Shown: positions 26,411-35,039 of the stretch, piece by piece | Position numbering within the stretch: position 1 is the stretch's first letter | How the letters are laid out: every line of letters starts with the position of its first letter | Made by a program: the position numbers and the translations under genes | Source of the DNA: a virus | Taxonomy: Duplodnaviria > Caudoviricetes | DNA: 35,672 nt | Reading direction: 5' to 3' (one strand) | IMG/VR virus record: IMGVR_UViG_3300038530_000810 | Span: 1-35,672 of that record | Notes under the pieces: generated by a model | What the model saw: the letters and a program-made list of their open reading frames with translations, nothing else | What the model was told of the DNA's origin: nothing | Databases searched by the model: none

Positions 26411-26617
26411 TTAATCAATACAATTTTCTTTATTGATTACATCAGACCAATCTGTATCTTTTTCAACAAACCAAATCCATGATGAGGTAACTGTTTTTGT
26501 ATTCTCATAGCCAGCTACATCATCATCTATAGCACACTTTTTGCCAACCATTATCTTCTTGTTAGCGCATGCGGTCATTGTCAAAGCTAATAAAATAATC
26601 AAAACTATTTTATTCAT
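26411..26617 (-). CDS. Small lipoprotein
   Basis: MNKIVLIILLALTMTA-C lipobox-like; GGGGG RBS; two further Cys. Confidence 0.65.
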   Translation of the reverse strand: MNKIVLIILLALTMTACANKKIMVGKKCAIDDDVAGYENTKTVTSSWIWFVEKDTDWSDVINKENCID

Positions 26618-26634
26618 TTGATATGTACCCCCTT

Positions 26635-26784
26635 TCAAAGTTTATCCTTTAGTTCTTTTAAATAATCCTCGTTCTCTTTTTCCTCGTCTGTCTTTCTATT
26701 TATTATTTTGTAAGCTATAAATGCGCCAATAAGAAGGCAACCCATAGAATAAAAGAACATTAATACACCAAAGCCAGCACTCAT
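26635..26784 (-). CDS. 49-aa single-TM protein, not in the ORF track
   Basis: MSAGFGVLMFFYSMGCLLIGAFIAYKII...; ATGA overlap. Confidence 0.6.
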   Translation of the reverse strand: MSAGFGVLMFFYSMGCLLIGAFIAYKIINRKTDEEKENEDYLKELKDKL

Positions 26785-26969
26785 TTTTTACAACTCTTTA
26801 AATAGCTTTGTATTTCTCTGACCATTAGTACACACATACCAGCAAAAACATTCCATCGTTTTACCTCAGATTTTAAAACCTTGTCTGTCTCTAAATCCTT
26901 TTGAAACCTAGCCATAAATGTATTGAATCTTTTTTGGTACTTTTTAATTGCTTTATCTTTTGAGTTCAT
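26781..26969 (-). CDS. Hypothetical protein
   Basis: 62 aa; GAGGGGG RBS; TAATG coupling. Confidence 0.55.
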   Translation of the reverse strand: MNSKDKAIKKYQKRFNTFMARFQKDLETDKVLKSEVKRWNVFAGMCVLMVREIQSYLKSCKK

Positions 26970-27127
26970 TATTCCCCCTCGTTTAGCCAGTTAGGCAAGC
27001 CATAGCTCATAGCCATGACCCCGCCAAATGTTATTAATAAACCCACAACAAAATCAAAATGAATTGCTAAGATAAAACCTAAAAAGGCTGTAACAAAGCC
27101 AAGCAATAAACAAAGTAAATTTTTCAT
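26969..27127 (-). CDS. 52-aa two-TM protein, not in the ORF track
   Basis: MKNLLCLLLGFVTAFLGFILAIHFDFVVGLLITFGGVMAMSYG...; GGGAG RBS; ATGA overlap. Confidence 0.6.
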   Translation of the reverse strand: MKNLLCLLLGFVTAFLGFILAIHFDFVVGLLITFGGVMAMSYGLPNWLNEGE

Positions 27128-27618
27128 TTTATTAGCTCCCTTCTTTTTTTATTTATCCAAAATTTAGGGTCTAGCCTGTAGTTATTTGCAGCTAGCTCCT
27201 TTTCAGTTACAATGACAAAGTTAGTACGTTCACAGTTGCAAGCCTTCCTATATGGCAAGGGGTCAACCATTGAACCGATATTATTATTACCTGTGGCTTC
27301 AAACTTATTATAAAAATCTTCAATATTATTATAAGTTGCTTGAGCTGTTACAACTTTAAAAGTTCCTGAAATTAAATACAGTTCTTTTAAAAAGTCCCTG
27401 TAACCATGCCAACAGACAGCGTTTACTTTTTTTCTTGATCCATCTTTATTTCTTGAAAATCCTAAACGCTGATATTTTTTAGATGTTCCAAGTTTTAATT
27501 TAACTCTATGACAATTACCTGATACTTGGTTCATATCTAAATCAATTCCAAGTTTACCAGCTATAGACCATAAGCTACTCTTAAATTGCCAAATGTTTTT
27601 AGTGTTATATATTTTCAT
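27124..27618 (-). CDS. Hypothetical early protein ('AVCWHGYRDF', 'NIGSM..P....ACNC')
   Basis: 164 aa; GAGG RBS; ends in an 'NYRLDPKFW' motif. Confidence 0.6.
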   Translation of the reverse strand: MKIYNTKNIWQFKSSLWSIAGKLGIDLDMNQVSGNCHRVKLKLGTSKKYQRLGFSRNKDGSRKKVNAVCWHGYRDFLKELYLISGTFKVVTAQATYNNIEDFYNKFEATGNNNIGSMVDPLPYRKACNCERTNFVIVTEKELAANNYRLDPKFWINKKRRELIK

Positions 27619-27635
27619 TTTTATACCTCATAGTT

Positions 27636-27751
27636 GTTTTATGACTTTGAACGTCAAAAGAATTTTATTAACACCAAATTTCAATCCTTTGTTATCCTAT
27701 CACCATCAAAAGTCGGGTGTTGGTTTAAAATCACATTCAAAGTCATATAAC
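27636..27751 (-). other. Long hairpin in the leader of the 27618 gene
   Basis: TATGACTTTGAA (27640-27651) / TTCAAAGTCATA (27736-27747), plus inner ATTTTA/TAAAAT and AACACC/GGTGTT stems. Confidence 0.6.
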
Positions 27752-27826
27752 CTTATCGGTTATAATTATGGCAATAATAAGACAATATATGCCTTAATTT
27801 AGACATAATATTTTTATAATTTGAAA

Positions 27827-27967
27827 ATGCGGTGTTAGTAGCGGTATGTTTTAGTCCGAAGTGAACACCGCTAAATAGATTTATCCGAATGGGTGTTAAT
27901 CTCCCAGCGTGATAATCTGAGAAGTGCGGTGTTAGTAGCGGGGAATGACCTAACCAAAGCACCGCAT
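27827..27967 (+). ncRNA. Putative structured leader/ncRNA with 17-nt direct repeat
   Basis: TGCGGTGTTAGTAGCGG at 27828 and 27925; complementary AACACCGCTA (27864) and GCACCGCAT (27959); GC-rich against the background. Confidence 0.5.
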
Positions 27968-27992
27968 AAAAAACAACAAGGAGTAATATAAA

Positions 27993-28271
27993 ATGATTAA
28001 ATCATTACAAGACCTTAAAAAAGTAAATAAATTATGGTTCTCACCGAGTAATAAAAAGTTTTTTAATGATATAAATTATAAACTTTTAACCGGTGGTAAA
28101 TCAAAAAATAAGTTTTTAATTCAACACACTTACAGATTTTCAGATATGTTTGAAGGAGTTAAAAAAGCTGTTTATTTAATTAAACCAATTACAATAGATG
28201 GCAAGATATTACCAAGCATTCAAACAGTTGAAACAATAGAGAAAGTTAAACAATACTTAAAAATGAATTAA
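27993..28271 (+). CDS. Hypothetical early protein
   Basis: 92 aa; AAGGAG RBS; 'WFS....KFF' motif. Confidence 0.6.
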   Translation: MIKSLQDLKKVNKLWFSPSNKKFFNDINYKLLTGGKSKNKFLIQHTYRFSDMFEGVKKAVYLIKPITIDGKILPSIQTVETIEKVKQYLKMN

Positions 28272-28447
28272 TATTAAAGTTGGATTTTCCACATATAACC
28301 GGCATGCAGCGACCCCGCATATACAAGCGGCAATAATACTGACCTATTAAGTTAATTTATTACCATCTCGGTATATTGATAATAAAAGATTATCGGTCAT
28401 AATTAATTTATACTGTAGCTTTTTGCGGTTTTTGCTTTTGTGTTATG

Positions 28448-28512
28448 GGGGTATACCCCTAGCATGCGCCTGTATTTTATATATATATATACATGGGACT
28501 CGAGGACTCCCT
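28448..28512. other. Palindrome cluster upstream of the packaging genes
   Basis: GGGGTATACCCC (28448-28459), GCATGC, TGTAT..(TA)n..ATACA, CTCGAG. Confidence 0.45.
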
Positions 28513-28563
28513 TACACACAGCCACCCTTTGACAGACCTATAAATATAAACTAAATGTAGTAT

Positions 28564-28752
28564 ATGGATGAATTTACTAAACAAGATTTAGAATCAATAT
28601 GCTTTGTAGAAAAAGGCACAAACGATGTAGTATTAATGTTTCAAGGTTTCTCAAGTGAAAGATCTGCGCATTTATTTATTACATTTGCAATGCTTTGTTT
28701 AGGATTTGATTACAAACCTATTGAAGATAGACCTAGTAAAACAATCCATTAG
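28564..28752 (+). CDS. Hypothetical protein preceding TerL
   Basis: 62-aa ORF ending 2 nt before TerL. Confidence 0.55.
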   Translation: MDEFTKQDLESICFVEKGTNDVVLMFQGFSSERSAHLFITFAMLCLGFDYKPIEDRPSKTIH

Positions 28753-28754
28753 TT

Positions 28755-30026
28755 ATGGATATTAAAATACCTTACACGCCTCGTAAGCATCAGGCTTACT
28801 TACATAAACAAATATCTAAATTTAGATGGTCGGTCTTAGTTTGTCATAGAAGATTTGGCAAAACTGTGTGTATGATAAACCATTTAATAAGATCAGCACT
28901 CACATCTAAAAACAAAAATCCTAGGTTTGCCTATATTTCGCCAACATTTAAACAATCAAAAGCTATAGCTTGGGACTACATGAAACAGTTTACCGCCAAG
29001 ATACCTTACACAAAGTTTAACGAAACAGAACTAAGAGTTGATTTACCTAATGGCTCTCGTATCACCTTGCTAGGCTCCGAGAACTCGGATAGCTTGAGGG
29101 GTATATATCTTGATGGCTGCGTAATTGATGAGTATGCAAACGTAAACGAAAAGCTATTTCCTGAAATAATTAGACCGGCTCTAAGTGATCGCAAGGGGTA
29201 TTGCGTCTTTATAGGTACACCCCAAGGCATGAATAATAATTTTTATGATTTATACCAACATGCTCAAGGAGCTGAAGATTGGTTTCAATACAAAGCAAAG
29301 GCTAGCCAGACAAAGATAGTAGATCAAGAAGAGTTGACCAAAGCAAAAGAGGTTATGGGTGAAAAGAAGTTTTTGCAAGAGTTTGAATGTGATTGGATTG
29401 CAAACATAGAAGGTGCAATCTATGCAGATGAACTAGCAAAAATGGAAAACAAAAGGCAGATAAGCAGAGTTCCTTATGACCCTAGTTTACCAGTATCAAC
29501 CGCATGGGATTTAGGGGTATCAGATCATAGTGCTATAATATTTTATCAACAATTAGGAAGAGCTATAAATATTATTGATTACCATGAGGAGAGAGGCAAA
29601 GGATTGCCGCATTATATTCAAATGATAAAAGATAAAGATTATGTTTATAAAGATCATTTTGCTCCACACGATATAGAAGTTACTGATTTTAGTAATGGTA
29701 AGACCCGAAGAGAGGTCGCCTATCAATTAGGTATTAGGTTCAGAGTAGTCCCCAAAATACCATTAGAAGATGGTATACATGCAACTAGCATGATATTACC
29801 TAGGTGTTGGATTGACGTTGACCATTGCAAAAACCTAATAGATGCGTTAAGACATTACCATCGGAAGTATATTGATAAAAATAGAATGTTTAGATCAAAG
29901 CCGGTACATGATTGGAGTTCACATGCTTGCGATGCCATGAGGTATCTAGCAATAGGACTACAAGAATTAAATACTAGACAAGTTGCACCACAAAGTGTAG
30001 CAGATAATAGTTATAGGATTATATAG
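28755..30026 (+). CDS. terL: Terminase large subunit
   Basis: Walker A 'HRRFGKT', Walker B 'CVIDE', 'GTP' coupling motif, nuclease 'WDLG' and 'HACDA'. Confidence 0.95.
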   Translation: MDIKIPYTPRKHQAYLHKQISKFRWSVLVCHRRFGKTVCMINHLIRSALTSKNKNPRFAYISPTFKQSKAIAWDYMKQFTAKIPYTKFNETELRVDLPNGSRITLLGSENSDSLRGIYLDGCVIDEYANVNEKLFPEIIRPALSDRKGYCVFIGTPQGMNNNFYDLYQHAQGAEDWFQYKAKASQTKIVDQEELTKAKEVMGEKKFLQEFECDWIANIEGAIYADELAKMENKRQISRVPYDPSLPVSTAWDLGVSDHSAIIFYQQLGRAINIIDYHEERGKGLPHYIQMIKDKDYVYKDHFAPHDIEVTDFSNGKTRREVAYQLGIRFRVVPKIPLEDGIHATSMILPRCWIDVDHCKNLIDALRHYHRKYIDKNRMFRSKPVHDWSSHACDAMRYLAIGLQELNTRQVAPQSVADNSYRII

Positions 30027-30029
30027 ATT

Positions 30030-30248
30030 ATGAGTTTTTTAACACCAAAAATGCCAGCGTTACCCCCGGTTCAACCGCCACCAGAGCCACCAAGCACAGA
30101 ATTAAGTGAAGCAGAAAAAGAAAGAATAGCAAAAGAACAAGCTGAGATTGAAAGAAAACGTAGAGGTAGAAAGTCAACAATACTTACATCACCATTAGGT
30201 GTTCAAGAAAGCGAAGAGTCAAAATTAAAAACTTTATTAGGATCATAA
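30030..30248 (+). CDS. Pro-rich small virion protein (paralogue 1)
   Basis: 'RGRKSTILTSPLGV...KTLLG'. Confidence 0.6.
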   Translation: MSFLTPKMPALPPVQPPPEPPSTELSEAEKERIAKEQAEIERKRRGRKSTILTSPLGVQESEESKLKTLLGS

Positions 30249-30442
30249 TGTTTAAATTTATTAAAAAACTTTTTACACCAAAAAAACAAAAGGATGAGCA
30301 TTTAGAATTATTTGAGGAGTTTCCTATTTCCGATATACAAGTTTTTGATGACTCAAGCACAGATAAAACATTTGAAAACGAAACTAAAAAAAAAGTAAAA
30401 GAAACTAAAGAAACAAAATCATCATCAACATTTGGAGTATAA
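30248..30442 (+). CDS. Hypothetical protein
   Basis: 64 aa; TAATG coupling. Confidence 0.5.
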   Translation: MFKFIKKLFTPKKQKDEHLELFEEFPISDIQVFDDSSTDKTFENETKKKVKETKETKSSSTFGV

Positions 30443-30444
30443 TT

Positions 30445-30660
30445 ATGGGAGGATCATTTAGACCAAAAAGACCGACACCACCACCACCACCGCCAAAACC
30501 AACTCCAACCAAAGTTGAAGTTTCACAATCTGATCCTTCACCTACAGGTTATGACTCAAGAAAAACAAAAGCTAGAGGTAGAGCATCAACTATATTAAGT
30601 GGACCAGTTGGTGTTGAACAAGAAGTAACTTTAGGTAGAAAAACTTTATTAGGATATTAA
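30445..30660 (+). CDS. Pro-rich small virion protein (paralogue 2)
   Basis: 'RGRASTILSGPVGV...KTLLG'; abuts the portal gene. Confidence 0.6.
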   Translation: MGGSFRPKRPTPPPPPPKPTPTKVEVSQSDPSPTGYDSRKTKARGRASTILSGPVGVEQEVTLGRKTLLGY

Positions 30661-32289
30661 ATGGCAAAAACAGATTTAACAAAAAATTTACTTGCACGTT
30701 TTGATAAGTTAAAAACAGGTAGACAAAATTGGGAAACTCATTGGCAAGAAGTTGCAGATTATATGCAACCAAGAAAAGCTGATGTAACAAAAACTAGATC
30801 AAGAGGTGATAAGCGAACAGAATTAATTTTTGATTCTTCTCCAATACAAGCTGTAGAATTGTTAGCAGCATCCCTTCATGGAATGTTGACTAACCCTTCT
30901 ACTCCTTGGTTTACATTAAGATATAAAAATCAAGATTTTCAAAATGATGATGAAGCAAAACTTTGGTTAGAAGGTGTAACAGATGTTATGTATACAGCTT
31001 TCAATAGATCAAACTTTCAACAAGAAATATTTGAATTGTACCATGACCTTATAACATTTGGTACAGCAGCTATGTTTATAGAAGAGGATCAAGAAGATTT
31101 ATTAAAATTTTCAACAAGACATATCAATGAAATATTTATAACTGAAAACAATAAAGGTAGAATAGATACAGTATTTAGAAAATTTAAAATTACTGCGAGA
31201 GCAGCAGTACAACAATTTGGCACAGCAGTATCTCAAGATATAAGCAAACAAGCAGACAAAGACCCATACAACGATATTGAAATATTACATGCAGTATATC
31301 CAAGAGATGACTTTGATCCTACAAAAAGAGATCAAAAGAATATGCCTTTTGAATCTGTATACATAGAATATAAAAATGGAAATGAATTATCAGTATCAGG
31401 TTTCAAAGAATTTCCATTTGTAGTTCCTAGATATTTAAAAGCATCACATGAAATCTATGGTCGTTCACCTGCGATGACCGCATTACCAGATGTAAAAATG
31501 TTAAATGAAATGTCAAAGACAACAATCAAAGCAGCACAAAAACAAGTAGACCCACCATTACTTGTTCCTGATGATGGTTTTTTATTACCGGTTAGAACTG
31601 TACCGGGAGGGTTAAATTTTTATAGATCAGGAACTAGAGATAGAATTGAACCATTAAATATTGGTGCAAACAATCCTCTTGGTTTAAATATGGAGCAACA
31701 AAGAAGAGATGCAATTAGAGCTGTGTTCTATGTAAATCAACTTATGATGCAACAAGGTCCCCAAATGACAGCAACAGAAGTTATACAAAGAAACGAAGAG
31801 AAGATGAGATTGTTAGGTCCTGTTCTTGGTAGACTACAATCAGAATTATTAAAACCTTTAATAGATAGATGCTTTGCAATTCTATTTAGAAATAATCATT
31901 TTGTTCAAGCACCTGAATTTTTATCAGGTCAAGATGTAGAAATAGAATATGTATCACCATTAGCTAAAGCACAAAAATCTACAGAACTATCATCAATAAC
32001 TAGAGCAATAGAAATATTAGGTTCACTTGCAAATGTTGCACCAGTATTTGATTATGTAAACTTTGATGCTCTAGTAAAACATGTTGCAGACTTAGTTGGA
32101 GTTCCACAAAAAATATTAAAACTTCAATCTCAAGTTAATGCAGAACGTGAAGCTAAACAAGAACAAGCAGCACAAATGCAACAGATGCAACAATTACAAC
32201 AAGTAGCGAAAGCTGGAGGAGATGTAGCACCGCTTGCTAAAGTATTGCCTGAAGAGGCAAGAGCTATAGCAAATGCTGAAGCGGAATAG
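30661..32289 (+). CDS. Portal / head-to-tail connector (T7 gp8 family)
   Basis: 542 aa; 'YGRSP', 'MTATEV..R.EEKMRLLGPV..RLQSE', 'EYVSPLA'. Confidence 0.92.
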   Translation: MAKTDLTKNLLARFDKLKTGRQNWETHWQEVADYMQPRKADVTKTRSRGDKRTELIFDSSPIQAVELLAASLHGMLTNPSTPWFTLRYKNQDFQNDDEAKLWLEGVTDVMYTAFNRSNFQQEIFELYHDLITFGTAAMFIEEDQEDLLKFSTRHINEIFITENNKGRIDTVFRKFKITARAAVQQFGTAVSQDISKQADKDPYNDIEILHAVYPRDDFDPTKRDQKNMPFESVYIEYKNGNELSVSGFKEFPFVVPRYLKASHEIYGRSPAMTALPDVKMLNEMSKTTIKAAQKQVDPPLLVPDDGFLLPVRTVPGGLNFYRSGTRDRIEPLNIGANNPLGLNMEQQRRDAIRAVFYVNQLMMQQGPQMTATEVIQRNEEKMRLLGPVLGRLQSELLKPLIDRCFAILFRNNHFVQAPEFLSGQDVEIEYVSPLAKAQKSTELSSITRAIEILGSLANVAPVFDYVNFDALVKHVADLVGVPQKILKLQSQVNAEREAKQEQAAQMQQMQQLQQVAKAGGDVAPLAKVLPEEARAIANAEAE

Positions 32290-32290
32290 T

Positions 32291-32515
32291 ATGGACACAA
32301 AAGAAATAGAAAAAAAACTAAAACAACTTAAAACAGATTACAAAACAGTATTCAACACAGACGAAGGTCAAAGAGTTTTGTCTGATCTTGAAAAACGATG
32401 CCATTTTTTGACTACCACAAATATAAAAGGTGATAGTCATGAAAGTGCATACTTAGAAGGACAACGCAGCGTCTTTCTATTTATTAAACAAATGCTGCTA
32501 TCAAAGGAAACATAA
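32291..32515 (+). CDS. Bbp19-like protein between portal and scaffold
   Basis: 'YKTVFNTDEGQRVLSDL...EGQRSV'; likely start 32291. Confidence 0.65.
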   Translation: MDTKEIEKKLKQLKTDYKTVFNTDEGQRVLSDLEKRCHFLTTTNIKGDSHESAYLEGQRSVFLFIKQMLLSKET

Positions 32516-33411
32516 TGTCAAAAGAACAGATAACACAAGAAACTGTGCCTGTAGAAAAGACATCTACAGAAGCACAACCACAAGCAACACAAACAACTGT
32601 TGCTAATGCAGACACACCAATCTCTTCTACTACAACAGAGCAACCAACTGTTGCTAAAAGTTGGAAAGAAACAATTTCAGAAGAGTTTAGAAATGATCCA
32701 AACATACAAAAATTTACAGAAATAGATGCACTTGCAAAGTCATATATCAATGCAACTAAAATGATTGGACAAGATAAAATGGTTGTGCCAAATAATAATT
32801 TTACTGAGGATCAATGGAGTGATGCTTATAGTAAAATGGGTAGACCAGAAAGTGCTGATAAATATTCTTTAAATATAAAATCAGATGTAATTCCTTTTGA
32901 AGAAACTGCTATTAAGTCTTTTCAAGAACAAGCACATAAACTTGGTTTGAATAATCAACAAGCTCAAGGCGTTCTTGATTTTTATAAAAATACTACAGAG
33001 AGTTCTATACAACAATCCAAAGTAGATACAGAAACTGCTCAAGCTCAAGCTCAACAATCTTTGAGACAAGAGTGGGGTAGAGAATATGATGCAAATATTT
33101 CAAAAGCCAAATCATTAGCAAAAGCAAATGTAAGTCCTGAAGTTTTATTAATGGAACTAAAAGATGGAACTAGAGTAGGAGATCATCCTGAAATAGTAAA
33201 AGGCTTTGCAAAGATTGCTAATCTACTATCTGAAGATAAAATAGTTTCTACAGAAGCTGAAAACATGGATAGATCAACAGATATTCAACAAGAAATAGAT
33301 CAGATAATGAATGATAAAACTGGTCCTTATTGGAATAAATCTCACCCAAATCACGATAAAACTGTGCAACAAGTGTATACTTTAAGGGAGATGTTGAGTG
33401 GAACCAAGTAA
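32515..33411 (+). CDS. Capsid scaffolding protein
   Basis: Acidic and helical; 'GRPES...Y', 'LRQEWG', 'GDHPE'; upstream of the capsid gene. Confidence 0.75.
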   Translation: MSKEQITQETVPVEKTSTEAQPQATQTTVANADTPISSTTTEQPTVAKSWKETISEEFRNDPNIQKFTEIDALAKSYINATKMIGQDKMVVPNNNFTEDQWSDAYSKMGRPESADKYSLNIKSDVIPFEETAIKSFQEQAHKLGLNNQQAQGVLDFYKNTTESSIQQSKVDTETAQAQAQQSLRQEWGREYDANISKAKSLAKANVSPEVLLMELKDGTRVGDHPEIVKGFAKIANLLSEDKIVSTEAENMDRSTDIQQEIDQIMNDKTGPYWNKSHPNHDKTVQQVYTLREMLSGTK

Positions 33412-33571
33412 TCATCTTAATGACAAAGAAATAAAACTTGAGGTTTTAAGGGTAGTTGTAGAGTCTGGTTCAATAAATCAAAAAGAAAACCCCTTGCCAA
33501 TTTGTGAAAAGTATTATAATTGGATTATAGGTAAGACAATTCGTAAGAACCTTACTGGCAAGAAGGAATAG
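33398..33571 (+). CDS. 57-aa hypothetical protein (GTG start), not in the ORF track
   Basis: GGGAG RBS; '...EIKLEVLRVV...PLPICEKYYNWI...'. Confidence 0.5.
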   Translation: MEPSNHLNDKEIKLEVLRVVVESGSINQKENPLPICEKYYNWIIGKTIRKNLTGKKE

Positions 33572-33666
33572 ACTCTAGTCTAAAAGACTTAAAATCCAAG
33601 AGATGCCTGCGTAGGCGGATAACTTCTCTGATTGTTTTAAATAAATGATAACAATGGGAGACTAAT

Positions 33667-34530
33667 ATGTCATCACAAATAACTACAGCATTTGTCCAGC
33701 AGTATTCTGCTAACATTCAAATGTTGTCTCAACAAATGGGATCGTTATTAAGAGACAAAGTTCGTCTTGAATCTGTTGTCGGGAAAAATGCTTTCTTTGA
33801 CCAAGTCGGGAAAGTAACTGCTGTTTTAAAAACTAGCAGACATTCAGACACTCCACAAATAGATACCCCCCACGCTAGAAGACGTGTCAGCTTGGCGGAT
33901 TACGAATTTGCGGATTTAATAGATCAACAAGATAAAGTAAGACTCTTAATAGACCCGACATCTTCTTATGCTCAAGCTGCTGCTATGGCAATGGGTAGAG
34001 CTATGGATGATGTAGTAATATCGGCTGCCTTGGGAACTGCCTTTACTGGTGAAACAGGAAGTACATCTACTTCTTTACCAGCAGGACAGAAAATAGTTGA
34101 GTCAGGTACAGCAGGTTTAACTATTGCTAAATTAAGAACTACAAAAGAAAAGTTCGACTTAGCAAGTGTAGACCCATCAATACCGAGATTCATTATTGTA
34201 TCTCCAAGACAAATCAACGATCTATTAGGAACTACTGAAGTTACGAGTAGCGATTTTAATACTGTCAAAGCATTGGCAAATGGTGAAATCAACTCGTTCT
34301 TAGGTTTTAACTTTATAGTATCAAACAGACTATCTATCGCATCTTCTAAAAGAAAATGTATTGCTTTCGCACAAGATGGCATCACATTAGCGGTTGGTAA
34401 AGATGTTCAAGCTAGAATAGACGAAAGAGCAGACAAATCGTATGCTACTCAAGTTTACTACTGCATGAGCATTGGAGCAACGAGAATGGAAGAAGAAAAA
34501 GTGGTAGAAGTTCAAGCACACGAAGCGTAA
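33667..34530 (+). CDS. Major capsid protein
   Basis: 287 aa; 'FVQQY...SQQMGS.LR', 'DFNTVKAL..GEI..FLGF.F', 'GATRMEE'; GGGAG RBS. Confidence 0.9.
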   Translation: MSSQITTAFVQQYSANIQMLSQQMGSLLRDKVRLESVVGKNAFFDQVGKVTAVLKTSRHSDTPQIDTPHARRRVSLADYEFADLIDQQDKVRLLIDPTSSYAQAAAMAMGRAMDDVVISAALGTAFTGETGSTSTSLPAGQKIVESGTAGLTIAKLRTTKEKFDLASVDPSIPRFIIVSPRQINDLLGTTEVTSSDFNTVKALANGEINSFLGFNFIVSNRLSIASSKRKCIAFAQDGITLAVGKDVQARIDERADKSYATQVYYCMSIGATRMEEEKVVEVQAHEA

Positions 34531-34549
34531 TAGAGGAGGATAAAATATT

Positions 34550-34999
34550 ATGGCAAATTCAATACAACAAGCGAAAATTGCTGCTACTCCTTCTGAGAAA
34601 GTAAAGACTAACGAACTTGCAGGTAGAGTTCGAGTAGCTTTTGCTGAGTACGAAGCGAGTGCAGAACAATCAACTATTCATATGTTTAGTTTACCAAATG
34701 GAGCTAGAATCCTTGGTGGTAGACTTGCACATGATGCACTAGGTTCATCAACTACATTATCAGTTGGTCATAACGCATACATTGATTCATCAGGATCAAC
34801 AGTAGCTCTTGACGTTGATGAGTTCAAAGCGGCTGCTTCTTCAGCATCTGCTTCATCTGCTGCTATTGCAACAACAATAGCTTTAGGTGAGAACTCAGTT
34901 GTGAACGCTGATAAAGATGGTATCCCAGTTTCTGTAACTATTGCAGGAGCTAATGGTACTGGAACTATTCAGTTGCACATGACTTATGTTATAGACTAA
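34550..34999 (+). CDS. Capsid-adjacent virion protein (possible decoration protein), allele B 3' end
   Basis: 149 aa; GAGGAGG RBS; 'LPNGARI' motif; lies between the capsid gene and the terminator. Confidence 0.65.
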   Translation: MANSIQQAKIAATPSEKVKTNELAGRVRVAFAEYEASAEQSTIHMFSLPNGARILGGRLAHDALGSSTTLSVGHNAYIDSSGSTVALDVDEFKAAASSASASSAAIATTIALGENSVVNADKDGIPVSVTIAGANGTGTIQLHMTYVID

Positions 35000-35009
35000 T
35001 CAATAATTT

Positions 35010-35039
35010 AGGTGGGGGAGCAATCCCCCATCTTTCTTT
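35010..35039 (+). terminator. Intrinsic terminator (allele B)
   Basis: AGGTGGGGGA-GCAA-TCCCCCATCT followed by TTCTTT. Confidence 0.75.

Noticed and set aside
27829-27837. Lambda operator half-site resemblance (TAACACCGC on the minus strand)
   Set aside because: No 17-bp dyad is formed; kept only as an alternative to the RNA-structure reading
27828-27941. Mini-CRISPR array
   Set aside because: Only two 17-nt repeats with an 80-nt spacer, and no cas genes
27593-27962. 69-aa ORFs 27593..27802 and 27753..27962
   Set aside because: No clear RBS, atypical composition, and they overlap structured divergent leaders
28285-28293. DnaA-box consensus match TTTTCCACA
   Set aside because: A single degenerate 9-mer with no cluster is compatible with chance
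33494-33520. TTGCCA-15-TATAAT promoter before the capsid gene; TAGACA-N8/9-TATAAT near 23350 and 27800
   Set aside because: Spacing is non-canonical and such hexamers are common in AT-rich DNA
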